A stretch of 64,000 nucleotides of DNA, from contig CDRNST010000013.1 in the NCBI GenBank assembly GCA_977016875.1, positions 992,001 to 1,056,000 on the forward strand. Reading direction: 5' to 3'. The stretch is from Pavona decussata. Lineage: Eukaryota. Below the pieces are notes generated by a model. That model was not told where the DNA came from, did no database searches, and saw nothing but the letters and a program-made list of their open reading frames with translations. Each line of letters begins with the position of its first letter. Position 1 is the first letter of the stretch. Below are positions 49,508 through 61,198 of the stretch, in pieces. The translations under genes were made by a program, and so were the position numbers.

Positions 49508-50651
49508 CTACAATGTGAAATAGGAAAATGGGATTATTGAACAATATCGTAAATTGCATTGCCAAGTTTCTTGCAGCATTGCTGCAAACCATTCCGCTAG
49601 CAACTCAGTGGACGTTGAAGGACAATATGCGATAAAAGTACCATCATTTAGATGTTTGTGAGAATCCACAATCATGCACAAACCATCTTGCTTCACAATG
49701 AATAGCATGGTTCTACCTCTGGTCACAAGTGCATTGCACCTGGACTGCCAGATAACAGCTTAAAGGCAGATGCCACCTGATCCACACAGTCCTGTCCAAT
49801 AAGACCAATGTTCTGTCCTACACAGTTCACAAAGCATTTAGTTCCAGCCATACTGACGGCATTGTTCACCTTGACATCCACTCCCCCTCCTTCAAACAAT
49901 TCAGCATGGATTTCATTGCCCTTTTTCATTGCTTTGTACAATGCGCACTTCCAGTCCATTAAGGGAACACTGCCATGTGGTGGTGGCAAATTCTCATGGA
50001 GGTAAAGGTGACCAAAATACAAAGCAATGAATGTACAAGCATTACTTCCACATCTTCCTCCAAGAGAAGGCTGGCAGAAATCAGCAGGAAAGCGCCACTG
50101 TACAACATCTCTCACACTGGCAATGGTCTGACCAGCAATAAAGACCGGTTGCTGCTGAGATGCTGAAGTGCTACAGACTGGCTGTGGTTGTGATGGACAA
50201 AGCCTTTGCAAATCAGCTGCCCCCTCTTGCAATGTAAGCTCGATCCCCTCGCTGGTCGATGGAGGACAAAATTGACCCACACTGGCCAGGCAAATGAATG
50301 AACGTGACCGAGAAGCGTTTGCAGCTTGGCGACCAATGGCATGCGATTTACCACCGGAATTTCCACTTTGCCTCAAAGATCCCGGTGACCTGTATCAAAT
50401 ATCCTGTTATGTTCTTGCCTAGCACTTTCTGAAACAGAGGGAGTGCTATTAGGAAAAGCACGATTTGAGCCAGCACACCCACTCGGTATCGAGTTGTTGT
50501 CATCTGGTCGGGCTGGTCGCAGATGTGTGTTGGATGTGCTCGATGACGCGCTGGATGATGAAGCGGATCCACCACTAACTCCTGCACCTCGAATAAAATC
50601 GGCTGTTTCAATTAAATGCTGGGCACTTTCCCTTCACAAATTGGGATCCAT
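49508..50651 (-). pseudogene. Papain-fold cysteine protease resembling peptidase C76 (herpes tegument deubiquitinase-like), frameshifted
   Basis: FCQPSLGGRCGSNACTFIAL (Q...C nucleophile), AMKKGNEIH, and MIVDSH (D-x-H) in the next frame. Confidence 0.55.
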
Positions 50652-51361
50652 TATTGCAAAAAGCCTCACAAAAGCGACTGATTGGGGTCGATTACCCTTC
50701 GTTTTGCTGGTGGGCAAGTAAGACTATGTTGTGCCTCTGTTACCCCTGTTTCGCCAATGTGGGGCCAATATAGCGTGAGCCACTGATTTGGCCCTGAGAA
50801 CTGCCATTTTGGATTGGTGACCCAGAGACACTGGGGAGGAATTTCCAGACTTTTTCCGGGCCTTGTTGGGTAGGTAGCGCCTAGTTGAAAGTTCGCAAGT
50901 CATTGCGAAGAAAGTGAATTCAAAAGTCATCGCGAGTTGCTACATATTTTGCAAGCATACAAAGAGAATTCAAAAGTAGCAATGGTTTTAAAAGTCATGT
51001 TAAAGAAATTGCTTGCCTTGTTTTCAACATCAAATAATCCTACTTCTACACATTTTGCAAGTGAGCATGCATGCAAAGAGATTTCAAAAGTAATAATGCA
51101 AACGCGTTACACATTCTCAAATTAACTCTTGTCAGAATATCAGATTTTAAAGTCATCCCAAACAGATTCCATTGCAAGAGAGCACATCAACAGAGGTCAT
51201 CGACTGGCAATATCATCACGTAAGATAACAACTTATTTTACAATTAAATTTGTGCGGTAACTATACACTTAATTTTGACCCTGAAAACGCGCCACAACTA
51301 TTGGATATGCCTTGCAGAGTTGACCTCAAATTCATCCTGTCACATTTTACTAAAGACTTAA

Positions 51362-52130
51362 GAGTCATTGTCTGAGAAAACCAGGCAGAGGTGAAAGATG
51401 GGGGTCGGCCGATTTCCTTCAAACTTTCACCATTTAATGTCTGTCCAAAATGATAATGAATGATGCTATTTAGCAATTCTCTTGCTGTTGCGTTTCGTAG
51501 TTTGACCACCCCCCCTGGTTTTGACCCTCACTGACCCTGATGTCACGAAAAATATATGCAGAATTTGAAGCTCAATAAAATATATTTTGCGTCATTTCTG
51601 GTGACTCATATCGATTGCTTGTATTGTTTATCGTCTAAAAAACGTTGTTAAAGAAAAATATCCCGACTTAACATTTTTTTTAAGGAATTTTGCAATTTCC
51701 TTGGGATCGCAAAAATGTCTTGGGCCAAATGTGAGGCAATTTCGAAACGGTTTTTCTCAATGGTGCGGCGTTCCTTTCCAAAAATTTCTTGATATTTTTT
51801 AAGCCAAGCATCTGTTCTCCGGAAATCAGCAAACTCTAACTTGAGCCATTAAAATGCGTTTGCATGAGCCACGCTCGAAGTCAAAGATGACTCTGTATTT
51901 TTGCTAAATATATTTTATTGAGCTTCAAATTCTGCATATATTTTGCGTGACATCAGGGTCAGTGAGGGTCAAAACAAGGGGGGTGGTCAAACTACGAAAT
52001 GCAACAGCAAGAGAATTGCTAAAGAGCATCATTCATTATCATTTTGGACAGACATTAAATGGTTAAAGTTTGAAGGAAATCGGCCGACCCCCATCTTTCA
52101 CCTCCGCCTGGTTTTCTCAGACAATGACTC
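51362..52130. mobile_element. TTAA-flanked MITE with TIRs of about 230 bp (Kolobok-like GAG...CTC ends)
   Basis: TTAA at 51358-51361 and 52131-52134; 51362-51590 is the reverse complement of about 51904-52130. Confidence 0.85.
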
Positions 52131-52134
52131 TTAA

Positions 52135-53280
52135 CATCATATGCTAAATTTCTTGGGTCACCTTTGACCCTTTTGGGAGTATGCTGAAAGATGTTGTGGC
52201 AATAAGGGCACTCGACTTGCCTTAAATTACCATCAAGGACTGGGCACACAAGCAGGTTCTCAGCAGAGATAACATGACCACAGGGATTTACTGGACACCT
52301 AGCAGGAAGAGTCCACTCCACCTTAGGGTCCCAAAAATATGCAAGCTGAGCAAAACGAGTACCATCCCAAAACTCTTTTTAGGTTCCCAACCCCACTCCT
52401 CCTGTCTTTCTACAGGCAACCAGTGGGATTTTTCCTTCCAATGGGCTATCATCTTTTGACACATGGTAGGTGATGAAAACCATATCTTGACTTTATCACA
52501 CTACGATAATGGTAAGGGATGTTACCCTTCTTCCCACAGTGTGGACAGCATTCATCCTTTGAAGACAATACACTAAACAGGAAAGGATGGCTGTCATCTA
52601 AGCAGACCCAACACAATCTTGGATCACTGTATCCAGACAGTTCTTAGGTTATTGATGTTGGCTTTGTTAACGATATTCTCCCTCCAGTGGAGCAGATCCT
52701 GAAAGACACTCTAGGAAAACCTTGCTTGGCCCTTTATTTCCACCAGGCGAAGTATGGTGTCATATAGAAATTGGTCAAGGTCTTCCTCTGCACCTTCATC
52801 TCTGTCTGAATCATTGTGTTTCTCTCCTTTTGAAATATCATCATCACCGCTAGCATTGCAATCTGAAGACAGTTCCATTACGCTCTCTGCATCATAAGGT
52901 ATCTTGTATTCTGTAGAAGAGTTTTCTGACTCATTTTTTTCACTTTCGGTGGGTTCTCCAGCCAGTGCAGATGGCAAATCACTGGAAAATTTGCAGAAAG
53001 AGTCTGACGCCTGAAAAACGTCTCCAACATTTACCCATCCCTAACTCAACTGGCCCAACTCGTATGTTCCCGATGGTATTTGCAACTGCTCGTCCAAAGT
53101 TTCCTTTCTAGCTAAACTTTTCCTTTGGAGATGTTTCCATGCTGTCATGGGATAGACAGCCTTGCCTTTACACCGAAGACAAGAACAGTGAACATGTGCT
53201 ATGCCTGATGATGACATATTCCTAGCCTCATCGCTATCCAAACATCTACACAAATTTCCTTCCTTTGTGGACAACGCCAT
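52135..53280 (-). pseudogene. EnSpm/CACTA-like transposase N-terminal half, degraded and cut by the MITE
   Basis: HCSCLRCKGK...AWKH; acidic linker; WVCLDDSH; MIAHWKEKSHW; WDGTRFAQLAYFWDP; CPYC...KGDPRNLAY ending just before the expected first catalytic Asp. Confidence 0.55.
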
Positions 53281-54473
53281 AAACTCACGTTTTTTTGACA
53301 AGGTCACCAAGATCAAGAACTTGAATGAAAATTTTGAACAAGGTACACAAAACATCAAAAGGGGATAATAACAGTAACAAAGTTTTATCGATATCAGCTG
53401 TTACAAACGCAATAGTAAAGCAACAAAGCGAACGTCTGCAACAAACGGTGAATCAGACGACATTCGAGAACAAGAACACGTACTTTATTTAATATAACAC
53501 AACGTGCGCTTAATAACATAAACTATAAGTCAGTACGATCAAATATATAAATGTTCGAATGCTTATCGGCCTGGTTTAAGTGTCCATATAGTCTTAAGGT
53601 CGATGAACATCCAATGGAGGGAACATCCAAAGGAGGGAGCAGAGCGAAGGAAAATCCAAGACGAAAGTAGCGAAAGGCTTTTCTCTTTCACAACTACATA
53701 TTCCCAGGGCTGTTCTATTTTTATCCCCGAACATCTGCTAGGTGAACAAACAAGCAAGCGCCAATGGAGGTGTCTTGTTTCCGTCATTTTTCATCAACTT
53801 TTCAAACAATGTTTTGCGAAACCCAATTACCAGTGTGTATAAAATTGCTAATAAAATTTTTAGAACATGCCAAAATGCAAACCGACCAAAGTGTCGCTCT
53901 TCTGTCAAAGACAACGCTACAGAAAAAAATTAAATTAAATTAAAAAGAAAATAAATTATATTGCGGAAAACAAACCGTGGCAGGTTTGTTCTGCAGCTAG
54001 CCGGACAAGGGATTCTTTTGTGTGAGCACAAAGAATTAATGTGCTCACGCATAGAATCCCTCGTCACGCTTATCCTGCAGTCTTGACAAGCAAAAAAAAA
54101 AACAACAACAACAAAAAATAAATAAATAAGAAGAGAGAACGAGAAAATTTAAAATGAAACATTGCAAAACTACTATCTATCTCAACATGACGGGCAAACC
54201 AACTGGTGAATAAAATTTAATTAGAGTTCATATGCAGATGATGTGGCATGAAACAAAAACCGAATTTCCCCCAGGGAAGAAAAATTGTCTATGGTTAACC
54301 AATAACCTATAACCGGATAAACTTGCTTAGTTGATGAATCGATCTATTGTTCCTTAAGTGGGATCAATTTTCCTGTCCCTTGGGTGCGCTTGGCCAAACA
54401 CATCAAGATTTGCTGCAGCGTGCCTGTTCTCCCGATTTATGCTCTCGAGATCTAAGCTGGTTTTGTCACTAAG

Positions 54474-54678
54474 ATGAGTTATAACAAGCGTGCTTTCTCA
54501 AGGACTTTTGTTTTCCTGGACAAGAGACGAACTTCTGTGCCAAGCAACGCTGAACTAAGCCAGCTGATAAATGCAACGCGGGTCATGGAGATATCGTTCA
54601 CCAAAAATAGCACCTCCACCGAGATGGGCGACAAGATTGTTTGTGCTTTTCCATCTCTGACTGGAAAAGACCTTAGTG
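54474..54678 (+). CDS. First exon resembling the N-terminal domain of G2E3-like HECT proteins
   Basis: FSRTFVFLDK...VPSNAEL...MEISFTKNSTSTEMGDKIVCAFP is similar to FSRDVILL...LPRQG...FPFMKEWS...KIKEAY in the 24379 ORF; GTAAGT donor. Confidence 0.4.
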
Positions 54679-55207
54679 GGTAAGTTTGATGTTCCCAAGG
54701 TTAACTATCTGTAAACGTGTTATAGCCGTTTAAGATTACTCACACGGGAATTTAAAATCTGCCTGATTGCTTATTGTAAAGTGATCATCTGATTGACATT
54801 GTTATTGTTACTTTCACGGGTTTACTTTCAAACAGAAAGGAAAAAAGCGTCATAGATATTTTCTAGAATACAAAACGTCAAACTTAACGGAGATAAAAAA
54901 ATGGAATTAAAGTTTTTAATGTAATAGATTCAGTCCAGTGAAAGTGGTCCTTGTCTGTTATAATCTCGTGTCGAAAGACATTGTGTGCGTGTATCCCGGA
55001 CTACGCATCAAACCTGAAGAGTTACCATCCCGGCTTCATGTTATTTTTTTTAAATTCTAGTAACCTTCTTTGTAAAAATGGTAAAGAGACGCTGTCGGCT
55101 GGTCATTCGGTAGCAGCAGTGGCATCCTAATCTCTTCTTGGCTGTGCCGCTGGCACATGACTGACGCCATAAGACTACTCGTGAACAGGCTTTGTTAAAA
55201 TAATCGG

Positions 55208-55407
55208 TAAAGCCTAGTGACGCAAGCGCAAGCACAAGCATACATGTAAGCGCAAGCATAAGTAGCTATGCAAAGTGAAAACGAACACTACGGAAGCGAA
55301 CGCAAGCATAAGCGCAAGGACAAGGAAAAGGAAAAATTTTGATCCTTTGCACACCAGCTTGTGCTTGCGCTTTCACTGTGAAATAAACGCTCTTGTGCTT
55401 GCGCTCA
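55208..55407. repeat. GCAAGC-rich MITE-like repeat; second copy at about 61978-62216
   Basis: Both begin TAAAGCCT, carry (GCACAA/GCATAA)n arrays and the inverted (TTGTGC)n, and share TTTTGATCCTT. Confidence 0.65.
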
Positions 55408-57742
55408 TCGGCAATAATGGAATTTATTTCTTTTCCCTTTTTGATGAGTTTGGGGATTGTGAGATCAAATAATGCATTCCCAGCTCTCACTAAAATCGCT
55501 TAAATGCACCTAAACAAACATAACATAGTTTGGACAAGCAAAACTAAAAAATTCCATAGAAATTGTACGAAAATTAAGGACTCCCGTACAAATGGAAATA
55601 AAAGTCCGCGTACAGGTGCCGTACAAATAGCCACTGTCTAAAAAAATATCTTGCTTACATTTATACATCACATACGGTCACAGTGCGTTTGGAAACACTA
55701 GAGAAATATCGATAGTTCATTAACAATAATCGGCTTTAGAGTCAAATTGGTCAAAACATAAGACACCTTCTTTCACGTTTTTCAGTATTTGCTGGCTTCT
55801 TGTATGTCTCTTCAAAATTCACCCCCACAAAAAACTGCAGGTATTTGATAGTTTTTTTTTAACAGAAACCATGAGCTTACTGCGAAAGGTATGCATCTGA
55901 AAATAAAAGCTATGACCAATCATGCAAATTTTAGTAATTCTGACCAGGCTGTTGATAGGTTGTAGAGTCAAAAGTCAAAAATCAAAAAGACCACTAATTG
56001 TCCTTGTCCACTAGTTTAGTACTAAGCTCATAGCCAGCATTGTAATGTTTCTACATGCCTAGTCTTGTTGCCATGGCATACGTGTCAGTTCCCCATACAG
56101 ACATATTTCCATCTGTGATTATAAAAGGTGCATGTGCATTTAAACACTGTGAACACAATGGTCACTTTTAATAAGCCCATCTCTTTCGGGGATCTTTACA
56201 TAAAGAAATGAAGGACTTAGAAAAGCTGCCATATCTAAATTAAGAACTACTAACTACACAGGGAGTTCTTGCAAACCCACAATCAGTCACTCATCATCAA
56301 CACATGCCAATGGTAGAAAGTACACAGAACACTGTATGTTGCATCATGTGCTTGTTAACCAGGAATGACTTGTTGTACTGATTCCCAAGTATTTTTATGC
56401 TTAATTTTCAATTACATTGATTGTCATGATAGAATACATGTATACAATTTGCATTATTATGGTGATGATGATCTGAAGCGGATCCTGGAGTGGTTTGGCC
56501 AAAACCCCTAAACTAGTGAAATGAAAGACAATTAAAAACAGTCACAATGTCCTATTGTTTTACACAGCTGTTCTTTGTGGATCATCACGCAATGCTTCCC
56601 CTAAGGAGTGTTGGGTGACGACACAAAGAACAACTGTGTAGGAGACTAATGCTGTCCTGAACAGACTGAAACAGTAATACAAAATATAAACAAGATTTTC
56701 AAAAACACATTTTTTTCCTCATTGCAGTGGTGAAAAAAGTTGAGGTTTTGCATAAATTATATAAGATAATGGCAACTTATATACAGCTTATATATATGTA
56801 CAGCTGATTTGGAGAGGATTTTTTTGTATTGAGCCCTTCATTTATACAGGGGGTATCTAATCGATATTTTCGATACTCGATAGAAATTGATCGTAATCGA
56901 TAATAATCAATCAAATAATATCGGAAATCGATATATATCGATCGCTCGTTTTCTTGTGATTATCGATTTTGATCGATTTTTGGTAATTAGCTATCGATTT
57001 TATCGATTTGTTCGAAAATAGACGAAGATCATGTCGATTCATTTTCGTCAAGTGTTTATTTCTAGCGCCTGGTTGATCCTCACCAGAACGAATCCCCAAC
57101 TCACTCAAACTAATAACAGCAGTCCATATAAATTCAATTAACATCCTCTTAACACTTAATTGAAGTTTGACTATCAGAGTTTAAATTTCGCTATAAAACT
57201 TAAAAGAATGGAGCATGCAGTGTATTAAAACAACAAGACATTGAACATTTTGTAACGCAACGTAATGCAGTGTAACGCAACTGTAATTTACGCGTCCAAG
57301 AAGTCACGCTTTCTGGCACGCCTGCTAGAGTTTATCCTACAGGTTTATCTTTCACGAGTTCTTTTCTCGTTCTGTTTCAACATTAACAACCTAAAAACTA
57401 TTGCAATCAAAGATATCTATATCGCTTTTAAAGCTTGGCAAGGCAGACTTGTAATGTCCAGGCCAGAAAGCATTTCTGAATTTACTTTCGCGAATAGCCA
57501 ACAAGATAGTAACTCCATCCAAAGACGAAAGAACTCAGTAACAAACCCTGTGACAAAACCTACATGTAGATGTAAACTGTAGACCATAACAATAAAACAA
57601 ACTACTGCTTGACAAAGAATTGCTGAGAACCTATAAGTTCAAAAAGAAAGAGCAACTGAAATAAAGATGTAGAAATCGTTCTTTTCTCTTGTCGTAATAA
57701 ATTAATGGGAACAAAGAGGCCTTAAATGTAACCCTATTAATT

Positions 57743-60040
57743 TTATGCCAGTGATTGATCATCATCATGGTTATTATTATAATTCAATGGAAAATGAAAG
57801 GGCCTGCCTTGTTGACAATGACTTTCTTGCAACTCTTCCCGGGCCTGGCGAACTTTGGCAATAAGGTCTTGTTTCTTGTCACTCGCTTTATAAGTGACGT
57901 TTAGGTCGTCAAGAACTTCTTTGAGAAGACGTATGGTCATATTTTTTGGTTCTCCCATTTTCTTTTCTTTGCTTCTATAGAAACCTCGTAGAGGCGCAAA
58001 CAGTCTTTCGCAGCTATCCTAACCAAAAACTTTAAGATGGAACAGTTCATCAGGAAAATGTTTCGAGAAAAGTTTCATCGAGAGGACAAGTGTATGTCCT
58101 GCGAGTATCATATCGTTGTACGTTTGCAATGATATAAAGGAGGTTTCTATCGAATAGCTTGACATCTCTATCCATGCTTTCCATAAACGAACAAAGCAGA
58201 CCGCCGACCACGCTAGCTTTGCTCTTTCTTTGACAGATAAGTTTTCTTCTGTGAAACTTCTCATCATGTTATGCCCTATCTTAAGGTAAGTACGAGTTGC
58301 TTCCGTATGTTGGTCATTCCAGTCTTGTAAGCACTGTCGGACCTGTGGCTGTAAAATCCGCAGTGCGGCATCCACATTCTGTCTGTCCCTAACAAAAACG
58401 TCACTTTTCCATAAACCACTGGTCAGTTTGTTTCTTTCATACAGTCCCATTAAGTCCTCGATCATGACGAATCCATTTCCGAGCACCAGGACCCTTCTAA
58501 CGTTCAGTATTTGATTCCTCTGTTTCTTAATTAGGTGCTTCCAGTCAGGAAACATAAGAGTAGGAACTGTTATACCGTGAATATCTTCGGCAACACTGAC
58601 AAAACTGAAGCCTTTGTGGGGAATCGAAATCACGTTGTTCAAATGTTCGCGCCTTTTTAAGAACTGCTCGAAATAATATTTTCTAAACTTACAATCTCCA
58701 TCAGTGCCAATGCCTAATATTTTCAAATGTTGTTGTGCCCCCCAATTTACTGCACTATTGAACCAGTTAACAACTGTTTCAAAGTTCTGTCCCTTAACAG
58801 CAGCTGACACAGCAAGCACAAAGCAAGGAACATGCTCCTTAAAGGGGGTCAGGACAATTGCATTGGCTAATCCCGCTTTCTCCATGCTTTCATTGCCTGT
58901 AATGTCAATGATGTCTTGTGCTGTTTTTACGACAACATCCTCTTCAGTGGCTATACCTATCAACTTGTTTCCTTACACCCTGATAGAAGGTAATATGGCC
59001 GTCGCATCCATAGCAACGATAAAGGGCCCGTGATATCCAATTCGATCATAGAAGGAAGCTGATTTGGCAAAAATACTTGCTTCTAATTTGGTCGGAGTAT
59101 GGAATTTGCTTCTTGCCGTTACGTAAGCGGTCTGAAGACTTGGCCCGGCAATTTTTTCTCTTATTATTCTTAACAATGCCAGCCCACCATAATCCAGGGC
59201 AACCGCAAAAAACGATTTTGTGTCATCATTCCAGCATCTACTTTCTTTTATGCTGTTTGTTAGTAGATTGGAAACAATGGATATTAATGTGCTACTCTTC
59301 TCACCCTGATTTCCATTCACTGTGGCAAGTTGCATTGCAATCTCTGGCAACTGCTCTCGGGCATTTTTTCTGGCTAGCTCTTGCTCCAAGTCGTGTAATG
59401 TCTCTTCTGAACATTTTACTTGCAGCCGAAGTTTTGCGATTTCATTCCTGTACTTTACTGCTAAAGAATACACTCCTACCATGCCCTGTTTTAACAAGGA
59501 TGTCAGTAGATTAACTTTTTCACGATAGTTTCTATCTTGATGCGACGGTCCCCAGAACTTTTGCATTGCATCAATTCTTTCCTTAGTGGATTTATGCATT
59601 TTGTATCTGTATTCTGTCAAAAGATGTGTTATTTTCGCCGTAAAAGAAGACATCCGTTGCATTTTCGACAGTGCTGACGAAAGTAACATTTTTTCAATGT
59701 TGTCTCTTGCTTCCGCAGTGCGTTCAACCTGTTGTAGTTTTGTATTGCAGATAATCTCTTCAACTGGAATGGTTGACCCCATGGTTGTTGATGTATGCGC
59801 TGACGAAGATGGTGAAGATTCCAACACCATTTCACCCACTCTTTGTCCAAATTTCTTATTCATTTCTTTTCGTGTCTCTGAGACAACCTTTTCCGTCTCT
59901 GCGGCCAGAGCAATTGTCCTCATGCTCAATGAATGTGCAAATTTTGAATCGATTGTAGTAACTGGCAGGGTGGGCGGTGGCCTTGCGGGGACTCTGTTTG
60001 TAGGTGCCTTTCCAAAGAAAGTTGTCAATAGTTTGTTTCC
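57743..60040 (-). pseudogene. P-type transposase of copy 2, in frame with the HeH domain; two nonsense codons; PHD region absent
   Basis: VAMDATA, GIGTDGD, FPDWKHLIKKQRNQILN, GLWKSDVF, VFG*DSCERLFAPLRGF then EKKMGEPKNMTIRLLKEVLDDL; one reading frame with stops at 58973-58975 and 58019-58021. Confidence 0.88.
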
Positions 60041-60791
60041 TGTTGTTTAAAAACAAAGATTGTACTGAAAGATCCGTAATTACATACACTTAAAGTCCTC
60101 TTGTACTAGAAAATCCCGGCTTAGACAATTTCTTAGGGTGGCTGGACGGACTTTTAAGTGCTTGTATCCGGGTGCCCGGGGAAAGAGGGCGGGGGGCGGG
60201 GGGGCGATATCGTCACAATTCTTTCTAGACCGTCAGCACTGCACTCTTAGTCAGTGTATGAATACTACCGTTTGGAGATAGTAATAAAGCTATCATTGAC
60301 TGATACTGTTTTTTCGTTTTCTTTTGTTCCCACCACCCACAATCTCTGGCAGTTATTTAATCATGACATCGAGAGGGAAAGCGCAATGAGAGTCTTAAAT
60401 CTTACTTCCGAATTTTATTACCAGCCTCCTCTGATTGTGCAATAGCAGAGGGCATGAGAGACATCATGACTCATAGAAGACAAACCATTACAAACAAACT
60501 CGAATGGCGGGTAATTTTCATAAAACACTTTCTGACAACTGGTGTTTCTAAAACAGATTTTTGAAATGAAAAATTCGCCTAGATTCCCTCTATTGTTCTC
60601 ATAACACGCTGATGTTGTCCAGTGTGTTGTATTAGCCTCATAGGGGGTATAATAATTTACATTCTATTTTTAAACCTTGCACGCTTTGCTATTGCACGCA
60701 TGTACAGTCTGTCAGCATCAGTTGGTCTATGCGTTGCGTTCAGAAGGCTCTTTTTCTCTTTCCGTCCACGTGCACCACGAACGCTGTATGA

Positions 60792-61198
60792 AATGGAAGC
60801 CTGTAAGGTTGTTAAAGTATCGGTTGTCATCCATGATAAATATCTGGATGATCTGAAAGGTTTTGTCACAGAAAAAGGAGGAAGCGTGGAGAGTTCGGAG
60901 ACTTCAGATGTAAATGCCGCATGTGATTCCGGGTGTTCTGACGCAGTGCCTGACGCAGAAGCTCTTGTGCCAAAGGAAATCGCGTCAAAAATTTGTCGAT
61001 GGCTCCAAAGAAACAGTGTTCCTGAAAAGGTTTTCGCCGAGAAAATTTTGCATCGATCACAAGGATCGTTTTCAGATTACATGTCGAAGGCACCATCAAC
61101 TATGCCAAAAACACATGGCCGGGGAGTTTGGCAAGAACTGAACGATTTTTTGCAAAGCAAAGAGAAGCAAGAGGAGCTGCTACAACAGCTTAGGGAAG
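60792..61198 (+). CDS. CUT-domain protein exon of copy 2; homeodomain exons not found
   Basis: KEIASKICRWLQRNSVPEKVFAEKILHRSQGSFSDYMSKAP...GRGVWQELNDFL; phase-1 donor G|GTAAG at the same position as in copy 1; N-terminal VSVVIHDKYLDDLKGFVTEKGGSV matches copy 1 ITVEIPASEKEKVLQFVEGCGGKV. Confidence 0.8.

Noticed and set aside
60622-60791. Hydrophobic N-terminus of the 230-aa CUT ORF as a signal or TM segment
   Set aside because: It starts at a non-ATG codon and has no counterpart in copy 1; homology begins near the ATG at 60792
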